Shown here one piece after another: positions 16,566 to 27,528 of a stretch of DNA of 43,365 nt (positions are counted from its first letter, which is position 1; every line of letters begins with the position of its first letter). The notes beneath the pieces are model-generated. The model was not told the origin of the DNA. It made no database searches and saw only the letters and a program-made list of their open reading frames with translations. Location of the stretch: sequence record NC_007807.1, one strand, 5' to 3'. Position numbers and translations under genes: made by a program. This DNA comes from Pseudomonas phage 119X.

Positions 16566-18299
16566 ATGGCACGGTTTATCGATTCCCAAGGTAATTGGGT
16601 AGATACCGAGGCCCCTCAGGAACTGGAGAGCTTTTATAGTTCTCTGGTTCCTTCTATGGACCTCAAGAAGTTTCCTACCCTCGATCAGCCTCAAGTTCAA
16701 GCGGTAGTTCAGGAAAAAGCTAATCAGCAGAAGAGGATTGATACTTTTACTGAATCGATGGCTCCTTTGGCTCAGACTACTTTTGGTGAGGATGCACTAA
16801 AGGGGCTTCTGTCTGATTCTACTGCGGACATGGAACAACGGGCCGGGGCTGCGCAGGCTCTGTATCCTGGAACAAAAGTAACAGTCGGTAAACATGGGGA
16901 GCTATTCTTTACTGCCAAGAGCGTGGATATGGGTTTCAACTATCCTAACTCTGGGACAGCTTATCAGAATCCAACTCAACAAGTAGCAGATAAGTCTGTC
17001 CAACAGTCTGATGCCTTGAAGAACTTTGATGACCGTTTCAGAGCAATTCAAGGAATGGCTGATCCTACTGACATTATGAATGCCTATGCTGCTCTTCAGG
17101 CAGATGCTAATACTTATGTCACTGGGAAAACTGCTGCCATTGAGCAAAGGATTGGGAAGGCTCTAGGCTATGACCAGTTGCAGCAACAGTTAGCTACTGA
17201 TCGACAGCTAGACCAGAATTACTATAACCAGTATTATGGAGGCCAGTACCTGGGTCCGAGCCAGGAGAGTCTACAGAACATCTCAGCTTTTTCGACTATT
17301 AAGAGCCAACGAGATCAGCAGGTCAGCGAAGTAATGAGTCGAGACCCTGATATCATTGCTCTGAAGTCCAAGATGGCTATCTTGGATAACCTCATTAAAC
17401 AGCGAGTATCTGAGACTACTCCTACTACTGGAGCAGGCCTTGTACCAGAGGAAGATGTTGATAAGATTCTTATGGTCCAGGGAGTAGATCCCAATAAGGC
17501 CAAAGAGAATGAGCGATTCCTGATTAAGTCGCAGATTGCTAAGAATGATGCAGTGACTATGGCTAAGCTCACCATTGCTTCTTCTGGCCCTGTTCAGAAC
17601 TTGACTGCGGCAGCTATGTCTCAGGGGCCCCAGGCTCAATGGGCTTTGAATGCTGCTAAGGCTCAGTTTGATACTCCGGATTTGCCTAGTCAGCTTATTA
17701 ATGAATTCAGGCAGTTTGATTCTAAGTATCTACCGCAGATCCCTAAGGATCAACAAAGCTTGTATAAGCTGAGTCAAGTTGATCAGGCTGGATCCAAAGC
17801 TCAGGTAGAAGCCAGGAAGATGGAGATTGCTCAGAATAAGATGCAGTTTATCGTTAGTAATCAGGCTAATGCTAGGCAAGCAGCTTTTGGGCAGTCAGTT
17901 ATTAACTGGGCTGTTCCTCAAGATCAGACTATTGCTCCTGAGGTTAAGGCTACTTTAGAGATTGTCCAGAGGCAGCGCCAGCAGGAAAACTCTACTGCTC
18001 CTATTACTATTGATGATCTAATCAGTAGAATGGATTGGGATAACGATCCTAGTGGAGCTAAGAGGGATGCCATTATTGCGTATATTAATAGTCAGGCAGC
18101 TACGGTGTCTGATCAAAAGGTATTCGGTCCTGTTCCTGTCTTCAGCGATCCTCAGATGACTAGGGGATTTGTAGACGGAATTATAGTTAGCCAGCGCTTC
18201 CGTAATCTTGGAATTAGAGGTGGATCAGCCGGCTACTACGGTGGTCCTGCCCAGGATGCAATGTTAACTTCCCAGGGTTATCGTAGCCAGATTCAATAA
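16566..18299 (+). CDS. Virion internal protein (gp15-like position)
   Basis: 577 aa, AGGAG RBS, co-linear with the trio. Confidence 0.45.
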   Translation: MARFIDSQGNWVDTEAPQELESFYSSLVPSMDLKKFPTLDQPQVQAVVQEKANQQKRIDTFTESMAPLAQTTFGEDALKGLLSDSTADMEQRAGAAQALYPGTKVTVGKHGELFFTAKSVDMGFNYPNSGTAYQNPTQQVADKSVQQSDALKNFDDRFRAIQGMADPTDIMNAYAALQADANTYVTGKTAAIEQRIGKALGYDQLQQQLATDRQLDQNYYNQYYGGQYLGPSQESLQNISAFSTIKSQRDQQVSEVMSRDPDIIALKSKMAILDNLIKQRVSETTPTTGAGLVPEEDVDKILMVQGVDPNKAKENERFLIKSQIAKNDAVTMAKLTIASSGPVQNLTAAAMSQGPQAQWALNAAKAQFDTPDLPSQLINEFRQFDSKYLPQIPKDQQSLYKLSQVDQAGSKAQVEARKMEIAQNKMQFIVSNQANARQAAFGQSVINWAVPQDQTIAPEVKATLEIVQRQRQQENSTAPITIDDLISRMDWDNDPSGAKRDAIIAYINSQAATVSDQKVFGPVPVFSDPQMTRGFVDGIIVSQRFRNLGIRGGSAGYYGGPAQDAMLTSQGYRSQIQ

Positions 18300-18316
18300 G
18301 GATAAGGTGAACTAAA

Positions 18317-21300
18317 ATGATTCAATTGGGCGATCTGAATAACCTCTCGCTAGCATCTCAGTATGACTGGCAGACTCAGAACGCCGTAGATAAGGCCGCA
18401 GGGATTGCGGTCGCTACGGTTGTTGATATTGGAACCAGTATGTGGAATTCCCTTGTGCCGGAGTCTACTGGCTGGGAAGTATCCACCCAATCCCTCCTGC
18501 AAAGCATGGGCGCAAAAGGAGCATTGCAGGCTTATAATGAGAACACTGATACTGTTCAAGCTTTGAGCTTTATTGGTGGAATATTTATTCCTGGGGGTGC
18601 GGCCCTCAAGCTAGCCAAGGGAATTCGGGCTGGTCTTAAGGCTACTAACTTCCTTTCCTCTGCTCGCCACATGGAAGATTTGGCTAAGTATGAGAACTTG
18701 ATTGCCACTGCCAAGACTGGGACGGCTGAGTATAAGAAGCTTCGCAATGGAATGTACCTGCGTGGGCAAGCTAATAACCTGATGGACTCTGTAGCTATTG
18801 AGCTTAGCCTGATGGGAGCTTTCAATGCTCACCCATACATGGAAGACTACATGGAGAACCCCATTAAGAACTTTGGGATTGGTCTAGCTCTGGGAGGAGG
18901 CATTGGAGGTGGATTAGCAGCCATTGGTAGTAGGATTGAACTCAAGGGAATTCAAGGGTTAGTAGAGTCTAAGGCTCTGGAGCAAGTTAGGGAGACTGCT
19001 AATCTGTTCGATAGTGCCTTTAGTGACACTTCTACTACCCTGACTAACCTCAAGTATTCTGCTCAGAATCTGGAACAGATGACTCAGCTTCCCAATTATA
19101 CTCCGTTAGCTAAGGAGATGGCTGGGAATATGGCTTTGTCTATTCGTGGAAGAATGGGTGAGCTTGCTGAGAAGAAGGCTGCGGCTGATATCAAGAATCT
19201 GCCAGCTGGAGAAGAGAAGTCTGCTATCCTGGATAGACTTACTGATCTGCGGTTCAATGGGGTTGATAGCTTTGGATTCTTCAAGCCCCAGGATATAGGG
19301 CTTAAGCCAACTAATCCAATCACTACTCAGCCTGCTCCTAGCTTTGTTAAGACTTCCATCGTGGATGGGAATCCAGTTAAAGAGTTCAGAAGCGAGAGTT
19401 TCTATTCTCCAGACCTGGATTCTTTTATGACTCGGGCCCAGGCTCAACAGGTTGCCTCGGCTGCTGACCTTGGATATTCTCCGGCAGATATTACCAGGAA
19501 AGCAGGAAGGCTGACCTGGAAGCGTCTTCAGAATAATTTTGCTGAGCTTCAGCTTGGTGAGCGTACTGCGGATGTAGAAGTTAACTGGCTGGCAAACCTG
19601 AAGTATTTCGATAGTCTGGATACTAAGCGGCTCTTGGAAACTGAGCTGGTTAAAGGAGATTTCCCGGCTATTCAAGGCTGGCTCCGGGCAACTGAGAAGC
19701 GGCGGAATGAAGCTTATTCCAAGTTCCAGACTGCTATGGCAGAAGGGAATCCTGACGCCAATAAGTTCCTAGAAGAGTTCACTAGGATCGAACAGGCTAA
19801 GGTTAAGCTGTTCTCTGGTGATAGGGTTCAACTGGTAGAAGTCCAGGAGATAGGAACTAGCCTTCCTATCACAATGGATGGTCTGAACTATGTTAAGCCT
19901 ACTCACATCCAAGACATTAGTAAAGAGATTGATACTAGGACTATTCAGCCTCTGTTGAATGAGTCTACTGAATTTAGCGTGGCCAGGAAACTCTCAGCAG
20001 ACATGGATCGTTATATCCTTCATAAGGCTGGAGCTAAGAGCCTAGAAGATGTACCTGCCCGAGCCCAAGAGAAATTTATTAGGGAATGGGCTGGAATTAA
20101 CAGGGAAGCAATGCAATCCTTTGTATCTCCTAATGCTGGATTGAATCCTTCCACTGTAGCTATTCTCCTTAAATGGATTGGTGGTAAGTTCCAGGATAAA
20201 GAAGCCTTCCGCAATGCAATGGCATCAGCACGTACTCTTCGTAATGGCCAGGATTCTACTACTCCTTTCCATGATGAATTGGCTAATATGCTGAATAGCC
20301 CGCTTGTAAAGGCTCAACAGGAAGCACTTCGCCGCCATGCGGATCAGGCTGGTAACGTATACCTATATCGTGGCCTTAAGTCTGATCCTGTTGGAGATAC
20401 TCCGGTATCTAGTTATACTTTCCACGAGCAAGTAGCTAGATCCTTCCAGGAAGGGATGGCTGATCCTTCTATCTTCCGAGTGCACGTAGATGATGTTGTA
20501 GGCTACTTGTACGGATATGAGCGTGAATGGCTGGTAGGAGCTTCGACTAGGGATAGACTGGATGCTCTGCCTACTTCAACTGGAGCTTCTTCTAAGCCTC
20601 GGACTAATAGGGGTGCCCCTAAGTTTGAGACCTTGACTATGGCCCAGATGTATAAGCAGTATCTGGCTGATAAGTCTGAAGCAATCCACAACGTTGTTAA
20701 TGAGGGAGCATTAGCCCAAGAAGTTATTGCTCTCCAGTACAACGTTCCTTTGGATATGGTTCCAGTTCTAGGCAGTAATAAGTATGCCTTCACTGAACTG
20801 GCTCAGAGTAAAGGATATTCTGAGGCTATTTCCAAGCTGGATAGGTGGAAGGATGCTGAGGAGATTCCTCAGGCTTTGGCTCCGACTCGTAGGATCATGA
20901 GTCTTAAGGCTAGAGAAGATCAGCATATGGGCCGGACAGGTGAACTATTGGATCTTCAGCGACAAGCTTTGGTCTCTAAAGCTGCCCTGTCCACTGAGGT
21001 TAAGATGGCCCTGAATAATGGGGATACTGCTCATGCCAACCTGATGCAGGCTAGGCTGAATGTGGTTGATTCTACCTTTGCTGACATTAATAAGCTATGG
21101 GTAGAGAATTCCATTCGGGCTGAGAAATCTGAACTGGCTAATAGTCTCCTGGATAATATCATTGATTCGGCTGAGTATAAAGCCTTGAGGGAAGGGCTTA
21201 ACCAGTTCGTTAATGGTAAAGGAGGTAATCCGTTCTACCAATCGGCTGATTTTGTAACCAGTCAGATGGGAGATGTAGGTAGACTGGTAACTAGCATTGG

Positions 21301-23866
21301 GGAACGCGTGACTCATTATGCTAACGAGGCTGCAACTAAGTACCTCACTCCGGTAGCAACTGAGTTTAGGAAACTGCACACTGACTTAGCAGCACGGGCT
21401 GAATTTGCTAACCTGGATAATCTTCGTCAAGGGACTCCAGGCTATGTGAGGTATGATGTTGAAAGTCGAATGCTGGTTACTGGGACCCTAGATCCTAAGA
21501 CTGGACAGATGATTAATGTCACTCCTCTCATGGATAAGCCTGTAGTGAGTGACATAGTTCATAATCTGCTTGAAGCTTCTCAGAAAGCGGGTGATGAAAT
21601 CTATAATACTCAGTCTGTTATTAATAGGCTTTCTGGTAGGGATAAGCCAGCCAGTGTCGGACTATGGATTCCTCCAGCTAGTCTGAAGAATAAGGAGTAT
21701 GCCTATATTGATAATCTCGATACTCGGCAACGAAAGCTAATTATCGGTAACAACTCTAAGGAACTGGAAGAGGCTATTAGCTTGTATACTCCTGGTCCTA
21801 ATGAGCGGATTATCAGAAGATCGGAGGCTCAGCTTGAAAATGAGGCTATGATTGGAGATGACCTGGAACGAGTCTATGCTGCTGATATAACTAGGCAGAA
21901 ACGAGGGATGGGTCCTGCTACTCCTGATCTATCGGCTCAAAGGCTGGATGAGATTATTATGGGCTACCGGGACAGATTCCTTGCCCAAGCCTCAGGCATT
22001 ACTGAGCTATCTTCTTTTGACCTCATGAAGAAGTTAGACTACGTGTCTGAATTCAATCGCCGGTCTATTGGTAATAACAACAAAACTGGATGGAGGAAAA
22101 TTGCAGAGAACTTCGCTACTAAGGATACGGCTAGGGATATTAAGGATCTCCTCCTTGGTCAGAATCCCGTTTATCGTAGTGAAGTAATGCGGAATGTGAA
22201 CAACGTAACAGACTCTGTTATCCAGGGCGTAATGCGAACATTCCAGAATGCTTGGGAGATTGCTAAGCCTACCAAGTTCACATCTACTAACTATGATAAG
22301 TTTGAAGCTGCTCGTAAGGCTGCGGGGATTGAAGATCCGTTTGCTGCCTTTACAGAAGCTGCTAGACCTCTAATGTATGAACGAGCTAGGCAGCAGGGAA
22401 TCTCTAATCCGAATAGGATCATCCAGATTGGTAACGAGATTTCTACTACTCTGGCTTTGAAATTCATGGAGCTTGCGCAGCCAATTACCAATATGCTCAG
22501 TCTGCCTATCTTGATGACTTCTACTATCAGTAGGGCAATTAAGGCAGGAGGAATTCAGACTGGGGTTGATGCTCTTAATAGCAGTAGCCTCTCCATTATG
22601 CTTGGAGGGGTAAGGAGGATGAACAGTAGTAATCCGATAGACCAGCGAATCTTTAAGATGGCTGAGGCAGAAGGATTGTTCAGTCCTATTATCTCCGAAG
22701 TGGATGCAGTTATGAAGCTCAGTAGATTCTCAGCAGGAGGTACTGCTGCTACTATTGAAAAAGCTCTTGACTCTAAGTTTGTAGAGCTAATGGGTAAACC
22801 TTCTGAACTAGCTGAGACTCTGGTACGTAAGACTGCTTTTGCTACCGGGATTGAAACTGCCCGTAGATTGTATGGGAATAAGGCATCGGATAAGCAGGTT
22901 CTAATCTTTGCTAGGGATTTCCTTAAGCAGTCGGTAGGTAACTATACTACCAGTCAGCGGCCTATGCTTTTCCAAGGAAGTGCTGGGGCAGCTATAGGAT
23001 TATTCCAAACCTATATGCTGACCTATGCTCAAAACCTCTACAGGCATCTGGAATTAAAGGACTATAAAGGTCTTGGGAAAGTTATGCTAGCTCAAGGAGG
23101 TATTTTTGGAGCAGGTAGCCTTCCTGGATTCCAGCCTATTAGTAATGCGATTGGGGATCATTTCTCGGATGATAACTATGATCTGACTACGGGAACCTTT
23201 AGAGCTTTGGATGATGACCTAGCTAGTATTCTTATCTATGGTCTTCCCTCTAACCTTGGTCCAGCATTACATACTCGTGGTGATGTTAACCCTAGGATTC
23301 CATCTAGCTTTGATACTATGGTTGCTCCATCCATGATTGGGCAGCTTATGACCAGCTTTGTGGATGTAGGCAAGGCTGTTCTCAAGCAGGATGGTAACGT
23401 GGGGCAGGCATTCTTCGAGGCACTCAGTACTCAGTCTGTTAGCCGGCCAATAGCGAGGTTGTCTGAGTTGGCTAGTGGGTATAGTGTAACAGGAGCAGGG
23501 AATCAGATTGCAGCTCCTGAGGATGTCTGGACTTGGCAGGGAGTATTGGCTAGGGTTCTATCTACCCGACCACTGAAGGAGGCTAAGGTAAGAGAGGCTA
23601 TCCACCTCAATACTTATTATGGATCCTTGGATAGGGAGCAAAGGCAGGCAGTCCTGGAAACTATGAAGACTGCTATTAGGAATAATAACCTGACTCCTGA
23701 ACTCATGGATGACCTGGCTCTAGAATACCTGAGGACTGGAACTCCTCAAGGACTCCGTAGTAGCATCAACCAAGCCTTTATGGAGAATGAAGAGGGTAAG
23801 GTAGCTCAGCTTCGCCAGACCTTTAAAGATTCTCCTCTGGTATACTTGCTAGACGATCTGGATTAA
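18317..23866 (+). CDS. Giant virion protein of 1849 aa (internal ejection protein, gp16-like position, or tail fibre)
   Basis: Single uninterrupted 5.5-kb ORF. Contains a Gly-rich segment GLALGGGIGGGLAAIG. It is the last gene of the rightward block and is followed by the bidirectional terminator. Confidence 0.55.
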   Translation: MIQLGDLNNLSLASQYDWQTQNAVDKAAGIAVATVVDIGTSMWNSLVPESTGWEVSTQSLLQSMGAKGALQAYNENTDTVQALSFIGGIFIPGGAALKLAKGIRAGLKATNFLSSARHMEDLAKYENLIATAKTGTAEYKKLRNGMYLRGQANNLMDSVAIELSLMGAFNAHPYMEDYMENPIKNFGIGLALGGGIGGGLAAIGSRIELKGIQGLVESKALEQVRETANLFDSAFSDTSTTLTNLKYSAQNLEQMTQLPNYTPLAKEMAGNMALSIRGRMGELAEKKAAADIKNLPAGEEKSAILDRLTDLRFNGVDSFGFFKPQDIGLKPTNPITTQPAPSFVKTSIVDGNPVKEFRSESFYSPDLDSFMTRAQAQQVASAADLGYSPADITRKAGRLTWKRLQNNFAELQLGERTADVEVNWLANLKYFDSLDTKRLLETELVKGDFPAIQGWLRATEKRRNEAYSKFQTAMAEGNPDANKFLEEFTRIEQAKVKLFSGDRVQLVEVQEIGTSLPITMDGLNYVKPTHIQDISKEIDTRTIQPLLNESTEFSVARKLSADMDRYILHKAGAKSLEDVPARAQEKFIREWAGINREAMQSFVSPNAGLNPSTVAILLKWIGGKFQDKEAFRNAMASARTLRNGQDSTTPFHDELANMLNSPLVKAQQEALRRHADQAGNVYLYRGLKSDPVGDTPVSSYTFHEQVARSFQEGMADPSIFRVHVDDVVGYLYGYEREWLVGASTRDRLDALPTSTGASSKPRTNRGAPKFETLTMAQMYKQYLADKSEAIHNVVNEGALAQEVIALQYNVPLDMVPVLGSNKYAFTELAQSKGYSEAISKLDRWKDAEEIPQALAPTRRIMSLKAREDQHMGRTGELLDLQRQALVSKAALSTEVKMALNNGDTAHANLMQARLNVVDSTFADINKLWVENSIRAEKSELANSLLDNIIDSAEYKALREGLNQFVNGKGGNPFYQSADFVTSQMGDVGRLVTSIGERVTHYANEAATKYLTPVATEFRKLHTDLAARAEFANLDNLRQGTPGYVRYDVESRMLVTGTLDPKTGQMINVTPLMDKPVVSDIVHNLLEASQKAGDEIYNTQSVINRLSGRDKPASVGLWIPPASLKNKEYAYIDNLDTRQRKLIIGNNSKELEEAISLYTPGPNERIIRRSEAQLENEAMIGDDLERVYAADITRQKRGMGPATPDLSAQRLDEIIMGYRDRFLAQASGITELSSFDLMKKLDYVSEFNRRSIGNNNKTGWRKIAENFATKDTARDIKDLLLGQNPVYRSEVMRNVNNVTDSVIQGVMRTFQNAWEIAKPTKFTSTNYDKFEAARKAAGIEDPFAAFTEAARPLMYERARQQGISNPNRIIQIGNEISTTLALKFMELAQPITNMLSLPILMTSTISRAIKAGGIQTGVDALNSSSLSIMLGGVRRMNSSNPIDQRIFKMAEAEGLFSPIISEVDAVMKLSRFSAGGTAATIEKALDSKFVELMGKPSELAETLVRKTAFATGIETARRLYGNKASDKQVLIFARDFLKQSVGNYTTSQRPMLFQGSAGAAIGLFQTYMLTYAQNLYRHLELKDYKGLGKVMLAQGGIFGAGSLPGFQPISNAIGDHFSDDNYDLTTGTFRALDDDLASILIYGLPSNLGPALHTRGDVNPRIPSSFDTMVAPSMIGQLMTSFVDVGKAVLKQDGNVGQAFFEALSTQSVSRPIARLSELASGYSVTGAGNQIAAPEDVWTWQGVLARVLSTRPLKEAKVREAIHLNTYYGSLDREQRQAVLETMKTAIRNNNLTPELMDDLALEYLRTGTPQGLRSSINQAFMENEEGKVAQLRQTFKDSPLVYLLDDLD

Positions 23867-23882
23867 TTTTCAGGCATAATAA

Positions 23883-23913
23883 AGCCCCTCTAGTTATCTT
23901 GACTAGAGGGGCT
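23883..23913. terminator. Bidirectional rho-independent terminator between the convergent late (plus) and early/replication (minus) blocks
   Basis: Perfect 12-bp stem AGCCCCTCTAGT/ACTAGAGGGGCT with a 7-nt loop. T-runs lie on both sides: TCTTTTT on plus, TTTATTATG on minus. Confidence 0.7.
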
Positions 23914-23921
23914 TCTTTTTA

Positions 23922-24375
<454 letters not shown>

Positions 24376-24501
24376 CTTTCTATTTCCTCTCTATAAGCAC
24401 TCAAGACATTAAACTCTTTAGGACTAGATAAAAATCTCCAGTCCCCATTTAATGTCTTAGTCCAACCATTAGCTATAAGAAAAAATTCTATATCCTCTAG
24501 C

Positions 24502-25017
24502 CTACTGTTGACCTTCCGCAGAATCAATGGAGTCAAACTCTCTTGCTCTGGCTTCAAAGAATTCTTCCTCCTTTTTAACCTGTAGATTCCACCAATCCTC
24601 TCCCATTACTTCCCTGATGTTACTTGTCGTTATCCCTAGAATAGAAATCGCATCCGCAGCAAGTTCCTGCTTGAAAGTCTTATAATCATAGAAAACATCC
24701 CAATGATTCTTCTTAGCATTAAGAGCCTTTCCAAAAGTCTCAAGTCCCAGAGTGAAGCCTAATTGGGCAATAGACTCTTTTCGTTCCTGCCTTCTAAATT
24801 CAACATTATATTTCTGGGCAGCAGCCATAGCTAGAAAGCATAGGGCAGACTCTAAGTTATTATCATGAATTCGGCCGAGTGCTGCATTTACTAGGGTCAA
24901 GTAATCAATCTTATTCCACGGTTCAGGAATATTGTTTCCTCGTTTTAAACCTTTATCAAGCTGTGCCTGAATTACTAGTTTGACGAATGAAGGTAGCTTA
25001 CTGTCGTTATCAATCAT
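24502..25017 (-). CDS. Hypothetical protein
   Basis: 171-aa ORF with an AAGGAG RBS (ggaaggagacagg). Confidence 0.5.
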   Translation of the reverse strand: MIDNDSKLPSFVKLVIQAQLDKGLKRGNNIPEPWNKIDYLTLVNAALGRIHDNNLESALCFLAMAAAQKYNVEFRRQERKESIAQLGFTLGLETFGKALNAKKNHWDVFYDYKTFKQELAADAISILGITTSNIREVMGEDWWNLQVKKEEEFFEARAREFDSIDSAEGQQ

Positions 25018-25056
25018 TTCCTGTCTCCTTCCAGTGGTAACGTATGCTGGGCCACG

Positions 25057-25116
25057 CTAATACAAAGTCTGGTATTGGATTATAGCCGGCGGTTGCATCG
25101 GAATATCCGGAGTCAT
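25057..25116 (-). CDS. Micro-ORF of 19 aa (MTPDIPMQPPAIIQYQTLY) with a perfect Shine-Dalgarno
   Basis: The minus strand reads TAAAGGAGGTGAtgcctaATG. The 10-nt core AAGGAGGTGA is fully complementary to the 16S 3' end at 6-nt spacing. It lies in a 140-nt gap. Confidence 0.3.
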   Translation of the reverse strand: MTPDIPMQPPAIIQYQTLY

Positions 25117-25157
25117 TAGGCATCACCTCCTTTAATCCTTATCCAATGCTAGGCTGT

Positions 25158-25412
25158 TTAATTCAGAGTTCCTTTCTTGGGAAGGTTGACTAATTTCAGA
25201 CTACCTGGCAGCATTCCAAATACTTCTTCATAAGCTCTTACTATTGCTGCTTCTCCACCAATATCTAACTCAGCCTGCTCAAATTCCTTGACAAGCCTGC
25301 CACCGATCCAGAATTCTAGGTTATTGAGCATACGGTCTTTTCTAAGTCCAGTGAACTTCATCTTCCTACAGTCTGCTCTAGACTGCTCTTCTACTGCCAC
25401 CGGCACAAACAT
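25158..25412 (-). CDS. Hypothetical protein
   Basis: 84-aa ORF overlapping the MazG-like gene's end by 22 nt. Confidence 0.4.
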   Translation of the reverse strand: MFVPVAVEEQSRADCRKMKFTGLRKDRMLNNLEFWIGGRLVKEFEQAELDIGGEAAIVRAYEEVFGMLPGSLKLVNLPKKGTLN

Positions 25413-26272
25413 AGCATATCCTCCTCTTCAAACAAATCATTAATCAGTTCTTCAGTCAGGGTTTTGATTCCTGCTTCCATTGCCCAGACTCTAAGAGCCT
25501 GCCAGATTCCTAGGGTAGCCTGATTGAGCTCCTGAGTTCTGGTAGCCAGGAGTTTAATATACCCCATCTTGTAAGCTTCGGCTAGAGCATCAGCTTTATT
25601 TTTCCTGGCATGTTGAGACAGGGCATTGAATACTGATCCGCCCCATTTCAGACTTTCCATTCTCGGTTTAGCTTCTCCCAGCAATTTTACAAACTGAGGA
25701 TAACTAATAGCCTCTCCCTCATACTGTTTCTTCTTAGGAGCCTTAGCTATAGTTGTTCCGCTGATATGACTAAGTTCATTCTCTACGTTCCGATTAATTG
25801 CGTCAACCGGATCAAAGCGCAAGGATGGATAACGTTTTTCAAGCTTTCTAATATTGTCTACGAATACCTCATCCAGTGACCAGTTATTATTTCTAGCAGT
25901 AACTTCTATCCAGGCCAGTATTCCTTTTACTAGGTTATTAGCTTTCTCCCAATCAATGGCCTTACCATAAAAGATACGGCGCTTAACCAAATCTAGGATA
26001 TCTCCTGCTAAAGGGAGCACTGAACGACTATCAATCTCTAGAGCAGTTATATTCTTTGAAGCTAAAACATCTAGAAGAATTGCCGAATACCAAGCGATAT
26101 CTCCCAATTCCTCTCGACTATTAATAATGTCACACCCATACTGGAATTCGATCGCCTCAGTATTCAATCCCATAGCAGCATGGATGAATCGAACCTCATC
26201 CTCCCCAAATCCAATGATTGAAGGAATGGATTCAGTCCTTTTAACTAGCTGAATATACTCTTGGTAGTTCAT
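25391..26272 (-). CDS. MazG-like nucleoside triphosphate pyrophosphohydrolase domain protein with a C-terminal extension
   Basis: The N-terminal region has the MazG signature pieces GLNTEAIEF, EELGDIAWYSAILL and NIRKLEKRYP. Confidence 0.55.
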   Translation of the reverse strand: MNYQEYIQLVKRTESIPSIIGFGEDEVRFIHAAMGLNTEAIEFQYGCDIINSREELGDIAWYSAILLDVLASKNITALEIDSRSVLPLAGDILDLVKRRIFYGKAIDWEKANNLVKGILAWIEVTARNNNWSLDEVFVDNIRKLEKRYPSLRFDPVDAINRNVENELSHISGTTIAKAPKKKQYEGEAISYPQFVKLLGEAKPRMESLKWGGSVFNALSQHARKNKADALAEAYKMGYIKLLATRTQELNQATLGIWQALRVWAMEAGIKTLTEELINDLFEEEDMLCLCRWQ

Positions 26273-26274
26273 AA

Positions 26275-27528
26275 CTATATTCCTATTCTATCTCGTTCTT
26301 GCTTGGTTAGAACTTCTGGAACTAGAATGTCTTTTGCCCAGGCTGGTAATGAGCGCTGAACTACAGTCATTCCTTTCATTCCATTGGGAAGTTCTACATA
26401 TTTGATCTTACCAGAATTATATAGATCCATTAGGCAGCTATGGAATTCGGCCTCCCTATTAAAGTCAGAAATGAATACTCTATAAAGATCCCGTACTGTT
26501 ACTGGCAGTCCTTGCTGATCCAAGTATTCAACCATCGCATGTTGGCTAATGGATACTTTACTTCTTCCTAGATGCCCCAATGCTGTAGGCATCTCATGCT
26601 CAGCTACAACCAGAACTGTATTAGCGGCCAATACGTCTTCTACGGATATCTCTGTTTGAAGTCTTGCGGCTGCGTGTATCATAGCCAGCTTCCAGAGGTG
26701 AGTAATTCTGCGTCCGCTATAATGAGCAAACCGAGGGTCTTCCAATGGCCGCTGGTTCTGATATATGTAATCCATCACTTTGAAAGCATCAGATGTAATT
26801 CTTGCCTGACCTTTAACTGTCTCCTTAATTGCTTTAAGCTTAGCCCCGATATCCTTAACCTGTTCAGGTGTAGGAATGTATGGGATCAGTAGCTTCTTAT
26901 CAGTTGAATGAGCGTGGATAAATAATATCCTACTCATGGTTCCTGTACCAATGAGGTGAGGAGGAAGTGCCTTATTAAGAGTATCCGGTGTGCAGGCTCC
27001 TAATAAATTAATAGTTGGCTTTGGAACTTTAACTCTTTTACGGGTTACTTTAGGGTTATCATATACTGGTAGATTGTCGTACAAAGTTGTCAGAGTCATC
27101 AGATAATCTGTATCACCTTGCCCAATGAAATTGACGAACTCTTCTGCATGGATAGTCATCTCAAAAGGGTAGTCAATATTCATATCGAATAAGGCTTCTA
27201 GATCATCACCAATTAGATTCTCCGGTTGATTAATATAGTTAAGTTCATCAAGAAAGGATTCTCTACTCATTCGGTCAGGGGCCAGTTGCTTGTACTCTGC
27301 CATCCTGAGAACCTCAGTTCCAATATTAATCGCCGTAGTCTTACGAGTAGCAGGAACACCCATGAACATAATATAGAGGTTCGGATAGATGTTCTTTGGC
27401 CTAAAAGGGAACCAATACTGGCGCCCTAATATTGACCCAATAAGACTTATAGCCGTCCAGCGATTGAAGGTATCGGGGACTTCTGACTCTCCAACATAGG
27501 CAAAGTAGTCCTGGAAAAAGTCTCCCAT
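26275..27528 (-). CDS. Deviant P-loop NTPase, replication-associated (primase/helicase-like; assignment uncertain)
   Basis: 417 aa. GVPATRKTTAI resembles a deviant Walker A (GxxxxRKT). It is adjacent to and overlaps the DNA polymerase gene. Confidence 0.4.
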   Translation of the reverse strand: MGDFFQDYFAYVGESEVPDTFNRWTAISLIGSILGRQYWFPFRPKNIYPNLYIMFMGVPATRKTTAINIGTEVLRMAEYKQLAPDRMSRESFLDELNYINQPENLIGDDLEALFDMNIDYPFEMTIHAEEFVNFIGQGDTDYLMTLTTLYDNLPVYDNPKVTRKRVKVPKPTINLLGACTPDTLNKALPPHLIGTGTMSRILFIHAHSTDKKLLIPYIPTPEQVKDIGAKLKAIKETVKGQARITSDAFKVMDYIYQNQRPLEDPRFAHYSGRRITHLWKLAMIHAAARLQTEISVEDVLAANTVLVVAEHEMPTALGHLGRSKVSISQHAMVEYLDQQGLPVTVRDLYRVFISDFNREAEFHSCLMDLYNSGKIKYVELPNGMKGMTVVQRSLPAWAKDILVPEVLTKQERDRIGI

